From Bacteroidales bacterium (GTDB lineage: Bacteria > Bacteroidota > Bacteroidia > Bacteroidales > UBA12077): 64,000 bases of DNA. This document shows, in pieces, positions 10,042 through 20,410 of this stretch (positions are counted from its first letter, which is position 1; the number at the start of each line of letters is the position of its first letter). The position numbers were made by a program, and so were the translations under genes. The notes beneath the pieces were generated by a model. It did no database searches. It had not been told where the DNA came from and saw only the letters and a list, made by a program, of their open reading frames with translations. The stretch covers positions 114,321-178,320 of the forward strand of contig JAIORB010000027.1 of assembly GCA_021108325.1 (NCBI GenBank), given 5' to 3'.

Positions 10042-11106
10042 TTACTGTTCAGGTTCTTTGTCGGATATTTCAAAGTGCTGAAGTGGATCTTTACTGATTT
10101 TTTTATATTCAGATCTACTTTTGTAGATATCACAAGCGAGATAAATAGCATTTCTGAACGATATTTCAGATGCCTGACCTAAACCGACTATTTCATAAGC
10201 CGTTCCGTGTCCGGGAGATGTTCTGACAAAATCTAAACCAGCAGTATAATTAACCCCTGAATTAAAAGCCAGTGCTTTAAATGGTGTTAAACCCTGGTCG
10301 TGATACATAGCCAGAATAGCATCAAATTTCTTGAAATTATCGCTACCAAAAAATCCATCGGCAGGATATGGCCCAAGTGCTAATATACCTTCTTCTTTAG
10401 CTTTTTTAAGAGAAGGAATAATAATATCAATTTCCTCAGTTCCTAATAAACCATTATCTCCTGCATGCGGATTTAGACCCAAAACAGCAATTTTAGGTTT
10501 TCTAATACCGAAGTCCTGAATAAGGCTTTTATTCATTATTTTAAGCTTACTTAAAATGGCTTCTTCTGTAATTGCCTCAGAAACTTTACTTAAAGGCAAG
10601 TGTGTTGTAACAACTCCAACTTTAAGGTTTTCACTTACCATTAACATCAAAGATTCCTTTGATTCAGATTCCTTTGTAAGATATTCGGTATGTCCGGGAA
10701 AATTAAATTTTTCGGATTGAACGTTATCTTTATTTATTGGAGCTGTAACTAAAACATCAATTTTACCATCTTTTAAATCTTTCACAGCATTTTCTAAAGA
10801 AATTAAAGATGATTCACCGGCAATATTTGTTGACTTACCAAGCTCAACACGAACATTATCATCAAGACAATTAATTATGTTTGCCCTTTTTACATTTGCT
10901 TCATCTGCGGATCTGATGTTGTTAAAACTGAAATTTACAATGTTCAATGCTTTACGATGATAAGCAGCAACTTTTGCTGATCCGTAAACAACAGGAATGC
11001 AAAAATCAAATATTCTGTTATCCATTAAGGATTTGATAATTACTTCGTAACTTACTCCATTAATATCTCCATGAGATATTCCAACAACTATTTTATTTTG
11101 AATCAT
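10042..11106 (-). CDS. pdxA: 4-hydroxythreonine-4-phosphate dehydrogenase
   Basis: GDINGVSYE, TAPINK, PGHTEYL, LNPHAG, AMYHDQG, RTSPGHGTA. Confidence 0.93.
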   Translation of the reverse strand: MIQNKIVVGISHGDINGVSYEVIIKSLMDNRIFDFCIPVVYGSAKVAAYHRKALNIVNFSFNNIRSADEANVKRANIINCLDDNVRVELGKSTNIAGESSLISLENAVKDLKDGKIDVLVTAPINKDNVQSEKFNFPGHTEYLTKESESKESLMLMVSENLKVGVVTTHLPLSKVSEAITEEAILSKLKIMNKSLIQDFGIRKPKIAVLGLNPHAGDNGLLGTEEIDIIIPSLKKAKEEGILALGPYPADGFFGSDNFKKFDAILAMYHDQGLTPFKALAFNSGVNYTAGLDFVRTSPGHGTAYEIVGLGQASEISFRNAIYLACDIYKSRSEYKKISKDPLQHFEISDKEPEQ

Positions 11107-11211
11107 ATATCGTATTTTATATAGTCAAACAATAAAGGTAATTAAAGAAACAAAATTAACTATAATATTTTTAAGAATTGGTTTAATTTCTTAAATCCGC
11201 AGATGTTTTTT

Positions 11212-11325
11212 AACCGCAAAGTTCACAATGATTTACGCAAAGTTCACAAAGAATTTAAAGTGATGTTTTTTCTTTGAGACCTTTGTGATCCCGAAAGTTT
11301 TCGGGACTTAGCGTTCATTGCGGTT
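11212..11325. repeat. Composite intergenic repeat: direct repeats, inverted arms and a nested palindrome
   Basis: CGCAAAGTTCACAA repeated at 11215 and 11236; arms AACCGCAA/TTGCGGTT and CACAAAG/CTTTGTG; nested TCCCGAAAGTTTTCGGGA at 11289-11306. Confidence 0.75.
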
Positions 11326-11371
11326 TCATGTTTTTTTTTATTATTTACTTGCGTATTTAAGGTAATTAAAA

Positions 11372-12805
11372 TTACAATTTACTATTGAAGAAGTCGAAAA
11401 GCAAGCGAACACCAACAGCTGTTGCTCCAATTCCCCTGTAATTATCTTGTTTAGTTAGAAATGCAGATCCTGCAATATCTAAATGTATCCACTGATAATA
11501 GGTGAAATGTTCGAGAAATTTAGCAGCAGTAATTGCCCCAGCTTCACGTGCGCCCAGATTTTTAATATCTGCAATGTCAGATTTTAACATTTCATCATAT
11601 TCTTCCCAAAGGGGAAATTCAACAATTCTTTCATAAACATTATTCCCTGATACTTTTAGTTGTTCGAACTGATTGTCTTTAACATTACTCATGGCTACAA
11701 TTCCCAAATCTCCGATTGCCGCATGTGCAGAACCGGTTAATGTAGCCAGATCAATAACTAATTCAGGATTATAATTTTTAGCAAAACTTAAAGCATCAGC
11801 AAGTATTAACCGGCCTTCTGCATCTGTATTTTTTACTTCAACAGTAGTTCCGTTATGCATTGTAATAATGTCGTCCGAAGCATAAGCATTACCATTTGGA
11901 CGATTATCTGTTGCCGGAATTAAACCAATAACATAAACAGGAATTTTTGCTTTTGTAATTGAGTGAATTGTTCCTGCGACTGCTGCAGCACCTGCCATGT
12001 CGGATTTCATGGTGTCCATATAATTGCCGGTTTTAATATTCAGCCCTCCGGTATCGTAAACCACTCCTTTACCAACCAGAACAAAAGGTTTTTTGTTAAC
12101 TGCATTTTCAGGTTTCCAGGTTAAAATGGTAAATGTTGGTGGATCAACACTTCCTTTGTTCACAGCCAATAAACCATTCATTTTTAATGATTCAATTTTC
12201 TTTTTATTAAAAACCTCTACTTCAAACCCTGCTTTTTTTCCAAGTTTTTCAATTTCAAGCGATAGCTGTTCTGCATTTAAAAAAGAAACAGGTTCATTTA
12301 CCAGATCTTTGGTGCTATAAACTGATTCAACCAAAATATTAAGTTCAGATATTTGTTTATCATCAACCAGTGTGTTGTATATAAGAATTTCTTCAAGATG
12401 ATTTTCCTTTTCTTCCGGTTTACTATAATATTTTAGAAACTGGTAATGACTTAACGCTAACCCTTCGGTAAATGCTAATGTGTATTCAGTATTATTACAT
12501 AAATCAACTACTAAAATTTTACTGTGTTTATTTGTCTTTATGTCGCTATAAAGTTTTCCTGCGGCCCTACGTAATTTTTCTTTTACAATGTGCTGTTCTT
12601 TTTCTGTATTAACCCACTGTATGTACGACCATTTGGGATATGAATTAATTTTGATATTGGTTTTTTTATCAGATGCCTGGTTTTTTATATACTCAAATTC
12701 GGCTGGAGAAAAGAATACGTTTTTTAAATCTTCTTCTTTTTCAGCAAGGTATATCACAGGTAAATCAACCTGAATTTCTTTTATTTTAGTTATTTTAATA
12801 TTCAT
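11372..12805 (-). CDS. pepA: Leucyl aminopeptidase (M17)
   Basis: VGKGVVYDTGG, MKSDMAG, NTDAEGRLILADAL, DLATLTG, WIHLDIAG. Confidence 0.95.
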   Translation of the reverse strand: MNIKITKIKEIQVDLPVIYLAEKEEDLKNVFFSPAEFEYIKNQASDKKTNIKINSYPKWSYIQWVNTEKEQHIVKEKLRRAAGKLYSDIKTNKHSKILVVDLCNNTEYTLAFTEGLALSHYQFLKYYSKPEEKENHLEEILIYNTLVDDKQISELNILVESVYSTKDLVNEPVSFLNAEQLSLEIEKLGKKAGFEVEVFNKKKIESLKMNGLLAVNKGSVDPPTFTILTWKPENAVNKKPFVLVGKGVVYDTGGLNIKTGNYMDTMKSDMAGAAAVAGTIHSITKAKIPVYVIGLIPATDNRPNGNAYASDDIITMHNGTTVEVKNTDAEGRLILADALSFAKNYNPELVIDLATLTGSAHAAIGDLGIVAMSNVKDNQFEQLKVSGNNVYERIVEFPLWEEYDEMLKSDIADIKNLGAREAGAITAAKFLEHFTYYQWIHLDIAGSAFLTKQDNYRGIGATAVGVRLLFDFFNSKL

Positions 12806-12925
12806 AGTTAAATATTTTTAGTTACAGATTGTAAAGTTAATAATTTTGATCCTTGAATTATTATTTTGTTGCTTAACTAAATTGACAGCTTTTATTTGAT
12901 TAATTTTGTGTTCACATTTTAAAAT

Positions 12926-14017
12926 ATGGTTTTTACAGATTTATATAAAAAAGCACTAAACTTTGAGTTTTTAACAATAGAAGAAGGCCTTTTGTTGTAT
13001 GAGCAAGCTCCTTTAGAAGAATTGATTTATTTGGGAAATCAATTAAAACAAACTCAGAAGCCCGGTAATATTGTTACATGGCAAATCGACAGAAATATTA
13101 ATATTACAAATGCCTGTATATCGCAATGTAAATTTTGTAATTTTTACAAAAAACCTAATGATAAGGATGTTTATGTAACTACTATTGATGAATATAAAAC
13201 GAAAATTGAAGAACTTTTTAACTTAGGCGGAGAACAGATATTATTACAAGGCGGTTTGCATCCTAAACTGAAACTCGATTTTTATACAAATCTTTTTAGG
13301 GAGTTAAAATCATTGTATCCAAATATTAAGTTACATGCTTTAGGGCCTCCTGAAATTGTTCATATTGCACGACTGGAGAAAAAATCGTACAGAGAAATTC
13401 TGGAATCTTTAATAGATGCCGGATTGGATAGCTTACCTGGTGCAGGTGCCGAAATTTTATGCGATCGTGTTCGAAAAAGTATCTCGCCTGCTAAAGCAAC
13501 TACTCAGCAATGGCTTGATGTTATGCGCGAAGCTCATAAGCTGAATATGGTTACATCAGCAACCATGATGTTTGGGCATGTTGAGACTAAAAAAGAGAGA
13601 ATAGAACACTTAATTGCCATTAGAGATGTGCAATCTGAAAAACCAGAATCATCGCCGGGATTTTTAGCTTTTATTCCATGGCCATTTCAGGATGAAGATA
13701 CCTTTTTACAAAAAGAATTTGGAATAACAAACCAGGTTACATCCGAAGAATATATCAGGACAATTGCAATAAGTCGTATTATGTTGCCAAATATTAAAAA
13801 TATTCAGGCTTCGTGGCTAACTATTGGAAAAGATATTGCTCAAATTTGTTTGCATGCAGGAGCGAATGATTTTGGATCAATAATGATAGAAGAAAATGTT
13901 GTTTCATCTGCCGGGGCGAGTTATAAATTTGATGCCGAAGGAATTCAAAATGCTATTCATGAAGCCGGATTTACTCCACAATTAAGAAATCAGCGGTATG
14001 AATTTATTGAATATTAG
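12926..14017 (+). CDS. mqnC: Cyclic dehypoxanthine futalosine synthase (radical SAM, CofH/MqnC family)
   Basis: DRNINITNACISQCKFC CxxxCxxC motif, LLQGG, LPGAGAEIL, ATMMFGH, FIPWPF, NIQASW, GANDFGSIMIEENVV. Confidence 0.88.
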   Translation: MVFTDLYKKALNFEFLTIEEGLLLYEQAPLEELIYLGNQLKQTQKPGNIVTWQIDRNINITNACISQCKFCNFYKKPNDKDVYVTTIDEYKTKIEELFNLGGEQILLQGGLHPKLKLDFYTNLFRELKSLYPNIKLHALGPPEIVHIARLEKKSYREILESLIDAGLDSLPGAGAEILCDRVRKSISPAKATTQQWLDVMREAHKLNMVTSATMMFGHVETKKERIEHLIAIRDVQSEKPESSPGFLAFIPWPFQDEDTFLQKEFGITNQVTSEEYIRTIAISRIMLPNIKNIQASWLTIGKDIAQICLHAGANDFGSIMIEENVVSSAGASYKFDAEGIQNAIHEAGFTPQLRNQRYEFIEY

Positions 14018-14027
14018 ATAGATTATT

Positions 14028-15536
14028 TTATTGAGGAGAAAGTTCCGTATTGATAAATAAAATGAATTCCGATCCTTTGTTAACTTGTGAATTAACAATT
14101 ATTTTACCCTTATGTTTTTTGATAATTCCATAACTCAATGATAAACCCAGACCGATTCCTTCCCCGACTTCTTTTGTTGTAAAGAATGGTAAAAATATAT
14201 TGTCCGTAATCTTATCTGAAATTCCGCAACCCGTATCTTTAATACTGATTTGTATATAATTACCTTCCAATTTATATTTATTTGCTTCGTTTTTATCAAT
14301 CAAGGATGTCGTAATTGTAATTTTCCCTTTGTCCTTTATGGCATAAATCGAGTTTTTTAAAATGTTCATGTAAACCTGGTTAAGTTCACCATTAAAACAA
14401 TAAATTGATTTTATTTTATTATCATAAATTTTTTCAATTTCTATTTTATCTTTTAAGTTACTTTGCAGCAGCATTAATGTAGCATCTATTCCATCGTGTA
14501 TATTCGATAAAATGCATTTCCCTTTGTTAGTTTGTGTAAAAGTTTTTAAGCCGTTAAATATTTCTTCAATTCGTGCTACTCCCGTTTTAATTACTTCTAC
14601 TGATTGACTTAAGATTGAAACGGTATTATCATATTCGGATTTAACTTTTTTATCATTTGTTAAATCGTTTTTGCTTAGAAGATCGTGCAATACTGAAAAG
14701 TTATAATCTATATTTTGAATACCAACTGAAATAAAATTGAGTGGATTGTTTAATTCATGAGTTATTCCTGCCATAAGAATACCTAACGAAGCCATTTGTT
14801 CACTCTGAATTAATTGTAATTGAGCTTTTTGTAATTTATCAACAGTTTCGGTTAATTTAATATTATTGTTATATAACGAATCTCTAATTTTTTTCAGCTC
14901 ACTATTTTGATTTTTAAATTTTTGTTCATACCTGTGATTTATATTTTTCAAATAAATAATTACCAAATTAACAAACAAAAATACCAACACATGGGCAGCT
15001 ATGTAATAGACTACAAACTGTTTTATTAGTGTGAGTATTTGATATTGCTCTTCAGGCAGATTCAATAAAATAATATCATAGAGAGAAATGATTACTATGA
15101 AATAAATTATCGAAAACCAAAAAGAGAATTTTTCTTTTTTCGCGGAAAATAACAATTGTGGTATAACCGAAATGGCAATTGCAACATACGTGCTGTAAAT
15201 AAAATCTTCTTCCTGGACATAACCAAAAATAGCAGGTACCAATATAAACATAAAAGCAGGAACAACAGAAGTTAAAATTTTTGAAAGTTGTATGAGTTTA
15301 CGCGAAGCAAGAAGAAGATTAAACAGACAGAATATTGCAATAACTATTATTTTATAGGTGTTAAAACCAATTGGTTTATTATTAATATTATTTTCTATTG
15401 CGCTAATAGTAAACACAACAAGCATAATGAAAAATATGATTACATTAATTTTATTTGATAAAATTAATCCTTTATCATTGTTTTCAACAGACTCAGAATC
15501 AATACCAAGATATGAAATGTATTTCCAATACGACAT
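14028..15536 (-). CDS. Multi-TM membrane sensor histidine kinase (NtrB-like)
   Basis: 5-6 hydrophobic segments, coiled coil, H-box GITHELNNPL, N-box NILKNS, DTGCG, GIGLGLS. Confidence 0.92.
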   Translation of the reverse strand: MSYWKYISYLGIDSESVENNDKGLILSNKINVIIFFIMLVVFTISAIENNINNKPIGFNTYKIIVIAIFCLFNLLLASRKLIQLSKILTSVVPAFMFILVPAIFGYVQEEDFIYSTYVAIAISVIPQLLFSAKKEKFSFWFSIIYFIVIISLYDIILLNLPEEQYQILTLIKQFVVYYIAAHVLVFLFVNLVIIYLKNINHRYEQKFKNQNSELKKIRDSLYNNNIKLTETVDKLQKAQLQLIQSEQMASLGILMAGITHELNNPLNFISVGIQNIDYNFSVLHDLLSKNDLTNDKKVKSEYDNTVSILSQSVEVIKTGVARIEEIFNGLKTFTQTNKGKCILSNIHDGIDATLMLLQSNLKDKIEIEKIYDNKIKSIYCFNGELNQVYMNILKNSIYAIKDKGKITITTSLIDKNEANKYKLEGNYIQISIKDTGCGISDKITDNIFLPFFTTKEVGEGIGLGLSLSYGIIKKHKGKIIVNSQVNKGSEFILFINTELSPQ

Positions 15537-15978
15537 TGCAAAAATATTAATAGCTCAGTAATTTACAAAAAATTAACTAATCTAATAAATTTTTAATAAC
15601 GAAAGCATTTTGTTGTCTCTTAAAAAGTTGTGTAATGTAAAAGCCATAATACCTCCTAACATTAATAATAAAAAAAGGTTTATCAAAGTAGGGTAAATTT
15701 ACTTTAGCTTATCATATAAACAAGAGCAATATATACGGCGGAGTTGGTTCAATTTAGAGTTAGGAGTTCAATATATACCTCTAAAATTAAGCCGAGATTT
15801 AAATGTGATGAGCCTGATTCTATGGTAATCTTCTCCGCCTCCTTTTAAAATATAAATTATATAGCATTAGTTTTTCTTCTTCATAGGATTCTAAATAATG
15901 AAAACCCATGCAAATAATAAGTTAGGGTTATTTGTATACTATCGACAGAGTAGATTCTCACAATTTGTAAAGGGTTGG

Positions 15979-15996
15979 CCCTCGCTTCAGCGAGGG
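15979..15996. terminator. Hairpin directly after the PAS kinase stop
   Basis: CCCTCGCT-TC-AGCGAGGG. Confidence 0.5.
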
Positions 15997-15998
15997 TT

Positions 15999-17474
15999 TT
16001 AATTGCTTAAGGGTAAAGTAAAAATAAATTTCGAACCAAAACCAACTTTACTTTCAACCCATATTTTGCTTCCATGTTTTTCAACAAATTCTTTACATAA
16101 GATAAGCCCCAGGCCGGTTCCCATTTCATCTTCCGTGCCTTCAGTTGTGAAGCTTTCGTCTAGTTTAAAGAGCTTTTTTATATCTTTCGGATCGATTCCG
16201 ATTCCTGTATCCCGAATAGAAATTTCTTTAAATCCTTCAATGTCTTTTTCCGTTATTTCGATAGCTCCTCCACGATCTGTAAATTTTAAAGCATTTGAAA
16301 TCAGATTCCTGAAAATGGTTTTAAGCATATTTTTATCTGCTATAGCTTCAGAGTTCTTATTAATCTTATTTGTAAGTAATATTTCTTTTTGTACAGCTTT
16401 TGAATTATATAACGAAAATGTTTCTTCTACAACAGCACAGATGTTTTGAATTTCCGGCTTAAATTTAATACTACCCATTTGTGAGCGAGACCATTCTAAA
16501 AGATTAATTAATAATTCGTAGCCATTTTTAGAGATTTGATATAGGCTTTTGTGAAAATATTTAATTTTTTCCTCACTCATTCGGTCATATCCATAAACTA
16601 ATAGTTGTGATAACCCGATTAATGTATTGAATGGATTTTTTAGGTCGTGTGCAATGATAGAAAAGAATTTATCTTTCGTAACTAAAAGTTTCTGTAGTTC
16701 ATTTTCAACTTCTTTAAGTTTTGTAACATCAGAGTTAATAGCGATTAATCTTATAACTTCATTGTCATTATTTAAAATAGGGGTTAAGGTAGTTTGAATT
16801 CTATATTTTTTACCATCTTTTGAAACAGCATCAGCTTCATAAATTTGAGATTTCTTTTCGGTCAGGGCTTTGTTAAATATTACTTCAATTTCCGGGTTTG
16901 AGCTCGATTCGATAATTGTTTTCCCTTTTTTTGCTAATAATTCCTCATAAGTATATCCGTATAATCGTGTATAACCTTCATTAATCCATTCTATTTCACC
17001 ATTGGGATTTAATATTAAAATTGCATTATCTGTTTCACTTACTACTATGGATAATTTTTCAAGCTCTTTATTGATTTTAGTCAGGTTTTCTGTTTTCTGC
17101 TTTATTTCAAGGTTTTTATTTTGTATTTGTTTGTTTTGCTTTTGCAAAATATTGTTTGCTTTTATTTTGTTTCTAAAGCTTATAATATATAGTATCAGGA
17201 GAATTAAAATTATAATGGAACCGACAATTAATATATTTCTAAAAACTTTTTTATTTTTTATTAAAATATGTGCTTCTCTGGTATATTCAATTGATTTTTG
17301 TGGCGATATTTGCAAATATAATTCTGACAAGTCCATTAAAACATCAATACGGTTAATCCCTGAAGTTTCTTTTAATGCATTTTCTAGGCTGTCAATTTTA
17401 GTTTGTGCAAATGAAGAATAGGAGATTAGAAACAGCAGGAGAATAATAATATGTTTCAAATTGCGAATTTTCAT
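15999..17474 (-). CDS. PAS-domain sensor histidine kinase with a very short extracytoplasmic region
   Basis: Signal peptide, one TM, PAS (EWINEGYTRLYGY), H-box IAHDLKNPF, NLISNALKF, DTGIG, GTGLGL; likely start MKIRN at 17474. Confidence 0.9.
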   Translation of the reverse strand: MKIRNLKHIIILLLFLISYSSFAQTKIDSLENALKETSGINRIDVLMDLSELYLQISPQKSIEYTREAHILIKNKKVFRNILIVGSIIILILLILYIISFRNKIKANNILQKQNKQIQNKNLEIKQKTENLTKINKELEKLSIVVSETDNAILILNPNGEIEWINEGYTRLYGYTYEELLAKKGKTIIESSSNPEIEVIFNKALTEKKSQIYEADAVSKDGKKYRIQTTLTPILNNDNEVIRLIAINSDVTKLKEVENELQKLLVTKDKFFSIIAHDLKNPFNTLIGLSQLLVYGYDRMSEEKIKYFHKSLYQISKNGYELLINLLEWSRSQMGSIKFKPEIQNICAVVEETFSLYNSKAVQKEILLTNKINKNSEAIADKNMLKTIFRNLISNALKFTDRGGAIEITEKDIEGFKEISIRDTGIGIDPKDIKKLFKLDESFTTEGTEDEMGTGLGLILCKEFVEKHGSKIWVESKVGFGSKFIFTLPLSN

Positions 17475-17520
17475 TATATAAATATATAAAAATCTGAGCA
17501 TTCTAGTTAAAAGTATGTAC

Positions 17521-17560
17521 AAAAAAAATAGGTCAAAGTAAACAACCTGACCTATTTTTT
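17521..17560 (-). terminator. Terminator of the M14 peptidase gene
   Basis: AAAAAAATAGGTCA...TGACCTATTTTTT inverted repeat with A/T tracts. Confidence 0.7.
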
Positions 17561-17577
17561 AGCAGATAATATGCGAA

Positions 17578-20205
17578 TTATAATAATATAGAATTAAAAA
17601 GCAGTTTGTATGTAGCAGGCGTAGAGGCCCTGAATTGAGGATTAAAACTAAACAAGACTATCTGTCCCTTCCCTTTTTTTAACCAAACAATTGATGACAT
17701 ATTTCCAATTTTTTCTTCGTTCTCCACATACCCGCTAATCAATATATCTCTTTCAGGAAATGTTCCAATAACTCTTCTGTCAACATCAAAATAAGGTTGC
17801 CAGGTTCTGAAAACAGGACCGCTTCTGTGAAATACTCCAACTTTAGATTGCATACCATAAGTTACAGGATGATTTTTTGTGAGATTAATTTTTAATAGTG
17901 ATCCCGGGCACGAAAATCCTTGTTTTACAATATCCGACGATACATCTTTTACCGGAAATTCAAATTCTTCTATGTTTTTATCATCTAACGAATATTTTTG
18001 TATCCCGGAAAAAAGTTCTGTTGCATTTCTCCAGGCTATTGCTTTTCCTCCATCGTTAATAAATTTTAGAATCTTTTCATATCCTTTTTGTTCCATCCCT
18101 TTCATATATTCAGGCGGATATTTCATATAATAATGTTCATTTTCCGATTTGTAAGAACCATCAATTAATACAGACTTTTTTTCGTCAGGAATTATTAAAA
18201 TATCATAATCTTTACTAAAATCAGTTTTTTGAACTTCTTCAGGCCGTATTGTTTTAAACGGTATATTATATGAGTCTAACACGAATCGTGTCCAACCTGC
18301 ATCCATTGCGTGAAAGTATGTTTCTAACAAAGCAATTCGAGGTAGTTTAAGTTCTCGTTTGTTTATAGTTATATTTTCAGATAAATATTCAGGCGTAAAA
18401 TTTAGCAGTTCAAGAATTTGATTAACATTTTTTGATTTATGAATAATAAAACTTCCAGCCGGAAATAATTTATTATTAAATATATAAGATTCTAAGATTT
18501 GCTCAACTTTTAAGCCATTTTTCATTGCAGTAAAAACAGCCTTATAACTATTATTATTTGTTGCAGATAACAGAATATAGCTGAATTCCGATTCTGAAGC
18601 ATGAAATAGGCTGAATGGAATTTCAAGCTTTGAGAATGCATTTTCAAAGGAATTTTTATTTTCGTTTATTTCGAAAACCTTTACTCCTTTGTGCAATGGT
18701 AATGACCATGAAGTGATATCATAAGGTTTTATTAATTCACCACCCGGGGTATAATGTCGGGCCGGGAAAATTTGTGATTCTAACATTTCTTTAATAAAGG
18801 CCCTGAATGGTTGAGCCAGAGGAACTATAATATCATCAGCATGAAACTTTGTATTATTAATGTGAATATCCTTATCCAACTTATAAACCGAAACACCATG
18901 ATCATTAAGTAAATTAACCAGATTTACAAGTTCGCTCTGGTCATGCTGATTTTTTGGAAAAACATAGAAATAAGGAGGCTGATTAATACCTTTTTCAATC
19001 TCTTTTTTACACATATCATTTCTGAATTGTAATATCTCTTCTTTATATAAAGCTGCTGTTTCCAGGTATGCTTTTGTTGATTCAATTTCGTATTGAATTA
19101 AATCGCTTAATCTCCACCAACCACCTTCCCAGGGTTCAGGCATATTTATACTTATTTTGTATTCGCCCATTCCTTTTCCATAAGCTCCTAACTCATTTGG
19201 CTCAATATATATTGGGGTTGCATATTTTACACTTGCCCCTTCGGATAACATCCCAATGGTATTTTTCCAAATACAAGTTTCTGTAGCACCTGGCCAGTAA
19301 TTGTCAAATAAATAATTTTGTGATATGCCTGTTAAACCTGCTTCTGTCATTTTAGTTATTGTTCTTGAACCAAATATTTTTATCCAGTTCCAGATTCCGG
19401 CATCAATATTTTCTGCAATCGGGTCGTGAGGCGGAGAAATAAAATAACGAGGACCTCTTGATCCCATTTGATGTTTTTCAACCATGATTTGAGGAAACCA
19501 CTCTTTGCTAAATAAATTTGAAATAGCTCTGGTATCACTTTGTGTTAATGCCACAAAATCCCGATTATTATCATGTCCAACATATTTGTGGTATAATCCA
19601 GGCATTGAAGAACCTTCATACTTAGTGCCTTTATATTTTTTATAATGTTCAACAACCATGTCCATTCCGTCGGGGTTATGATTTGGAACAACCATATAAA
19701 CTACATCATCTAACCATGAAATTATTTTCTCATCTTTTGTAGTCAATAATTTATATGCAATTAATGGTAAAGCTTGCGAAGGGCCAACCTCATTTGAATG
19801 CATCGATAAGGTAAATAGAAAAAATGCTTTACCATCTTTTATATAATTATTTTGTTGCTCGTCTGATAATTGATAATTTAATGTTAGTTCCTTATTTATT
19901 TCTTTTAACTTATTAAGATTACTTATATTTTTTTCTGATGAAATAAATGCGGCATACATCGGCTTCCCCATTGGAGATACACCAATTTTTTCCATTTTCA
20001 TCATAGGAGAAACCTGATCAAGTTTTTCTAAATAAGAAATAAGATCTTCGTAATTAAATAACATTCGGTCTGTTCCGGGAACAAAACCAAAATGACTTTC
20101 CGGAGTTGGAATTATTATTTGAGAATAAGAGTTAGAAGTAATCAGAAGGTTAAAAACTAAAATAACTGCGATAAAAATCTTGAAGTTAAGATTATGTTTT
20201 TTCAT
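17578..20205 (-). CDS. Secreted M14 zinc carboxypeptidase-like protein with C-terminal class I GATase-like domain
   Basis: Signal peptide; SMHSNE (HxxE), NPDG, GHDNNRD, EKHQMG; C-terminal DAGWTRFVLD...FNPQFRA. Confidence 0.88.
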   Translation of the reverse strand: MKKHNLNFKIFIAVILVFNLLITSNSYSQIIIPTPESHFGFVPGTDRMLFNYEDLISYLEKLDQVSPMMKMEKIGVSPMGKPMYAAFISSEKNISNLNKLKEINKELTLNYQLSDEQQNNYIKDGKAFFLFTLSMHSNEVGPSQALPLIAYKLLTTKDEKIISWLDDVVYMVVPNHNPDGMDMVVEHYKKYKGTKYEGSSMPGLYHKYVGHDNNRDFVALTQSDTRAISNLFSKEWFPQIMVEKHQMGSRGPRYFISPPHDPIAENIDAGIWNWIKIFGSRTITKMTEAGLTGISQNYLFDNYWPGATETCIWKNTIGMLSEGASVKYATPIYIEPNELGAYGKGMGEYKISINMPEPWEGGWWRLSDLIQYEIESTKAYLETAALYKEEILQFRNDMCKKEIEKGINQPPYFYVFPKNQHDQSELVNLVNLLNDHGVSVYKLDKDIHINNTKFHADDIIVPLAQPFRAFIKEMLESQIFPARHYTPGGELIKPYDITSWSLPLHKGVKVFEINENKNSFENAFSKLEIPFSLFHASESEFSYILLSATNNNSYKAVFTAMKNGLKVEQILESYIFNNKLFPAGSFIIHKSKNVNQILELLNFTPEYLSENITINKRELKLPRIALLETYFHAMDAGWTRFVLDSYNIPFKTIRPEEVQKTDFSKDYDILIIPDEKKSVLIDGSYKSENEHYYMKYPPEYMKGMEQKGYEKILKFINDGGKAIAWRNATELFSGIQKYSLDDKNIEEFEFPVKDVSSDIVKQGFSCPGSLLKINLTKNHPVTYGMQSKVGVFHRSGPVFRTWQPYFDVDRRVIGTFPERDILISGYVENEEKIGNMSSIVWLKKGKGQIVLFSFNPQFRASTPATYKLLFNSILL

Positions 20206-20410
20206 GATTATAAGAATTAAGTATAAATAAGATCCGAAACTTCATGTTAGACTATGTAATTATTTGAAAAGTTTAATGTATGTATAATCTGGCAATAACA
20301 ATTTCATTTTAAAACTGTTTTAAAATTATAAAAATTAAATTACTTTTCTTTTTTTGAATTTAGAATACAAGAATTTTATAATTTTGTGTTTCTTGTTTAA
20401 CTTCGTAAAA

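Noticed and set aside
11212-11325. Direct repeats as a CRISPR remnant
   Set aside because: Only two 14-bp units 7 bp apart; no spacers and no cas genes
15558-15884. Minus-strand frame MKKKN*CYIIY...GIY*TPN...KLK*IYPTLINLFLLLMLGGIMAF...
   Set aside because: Three internal stops and no recognisable family; could be a decayed gene but cannot be supported without a homology search
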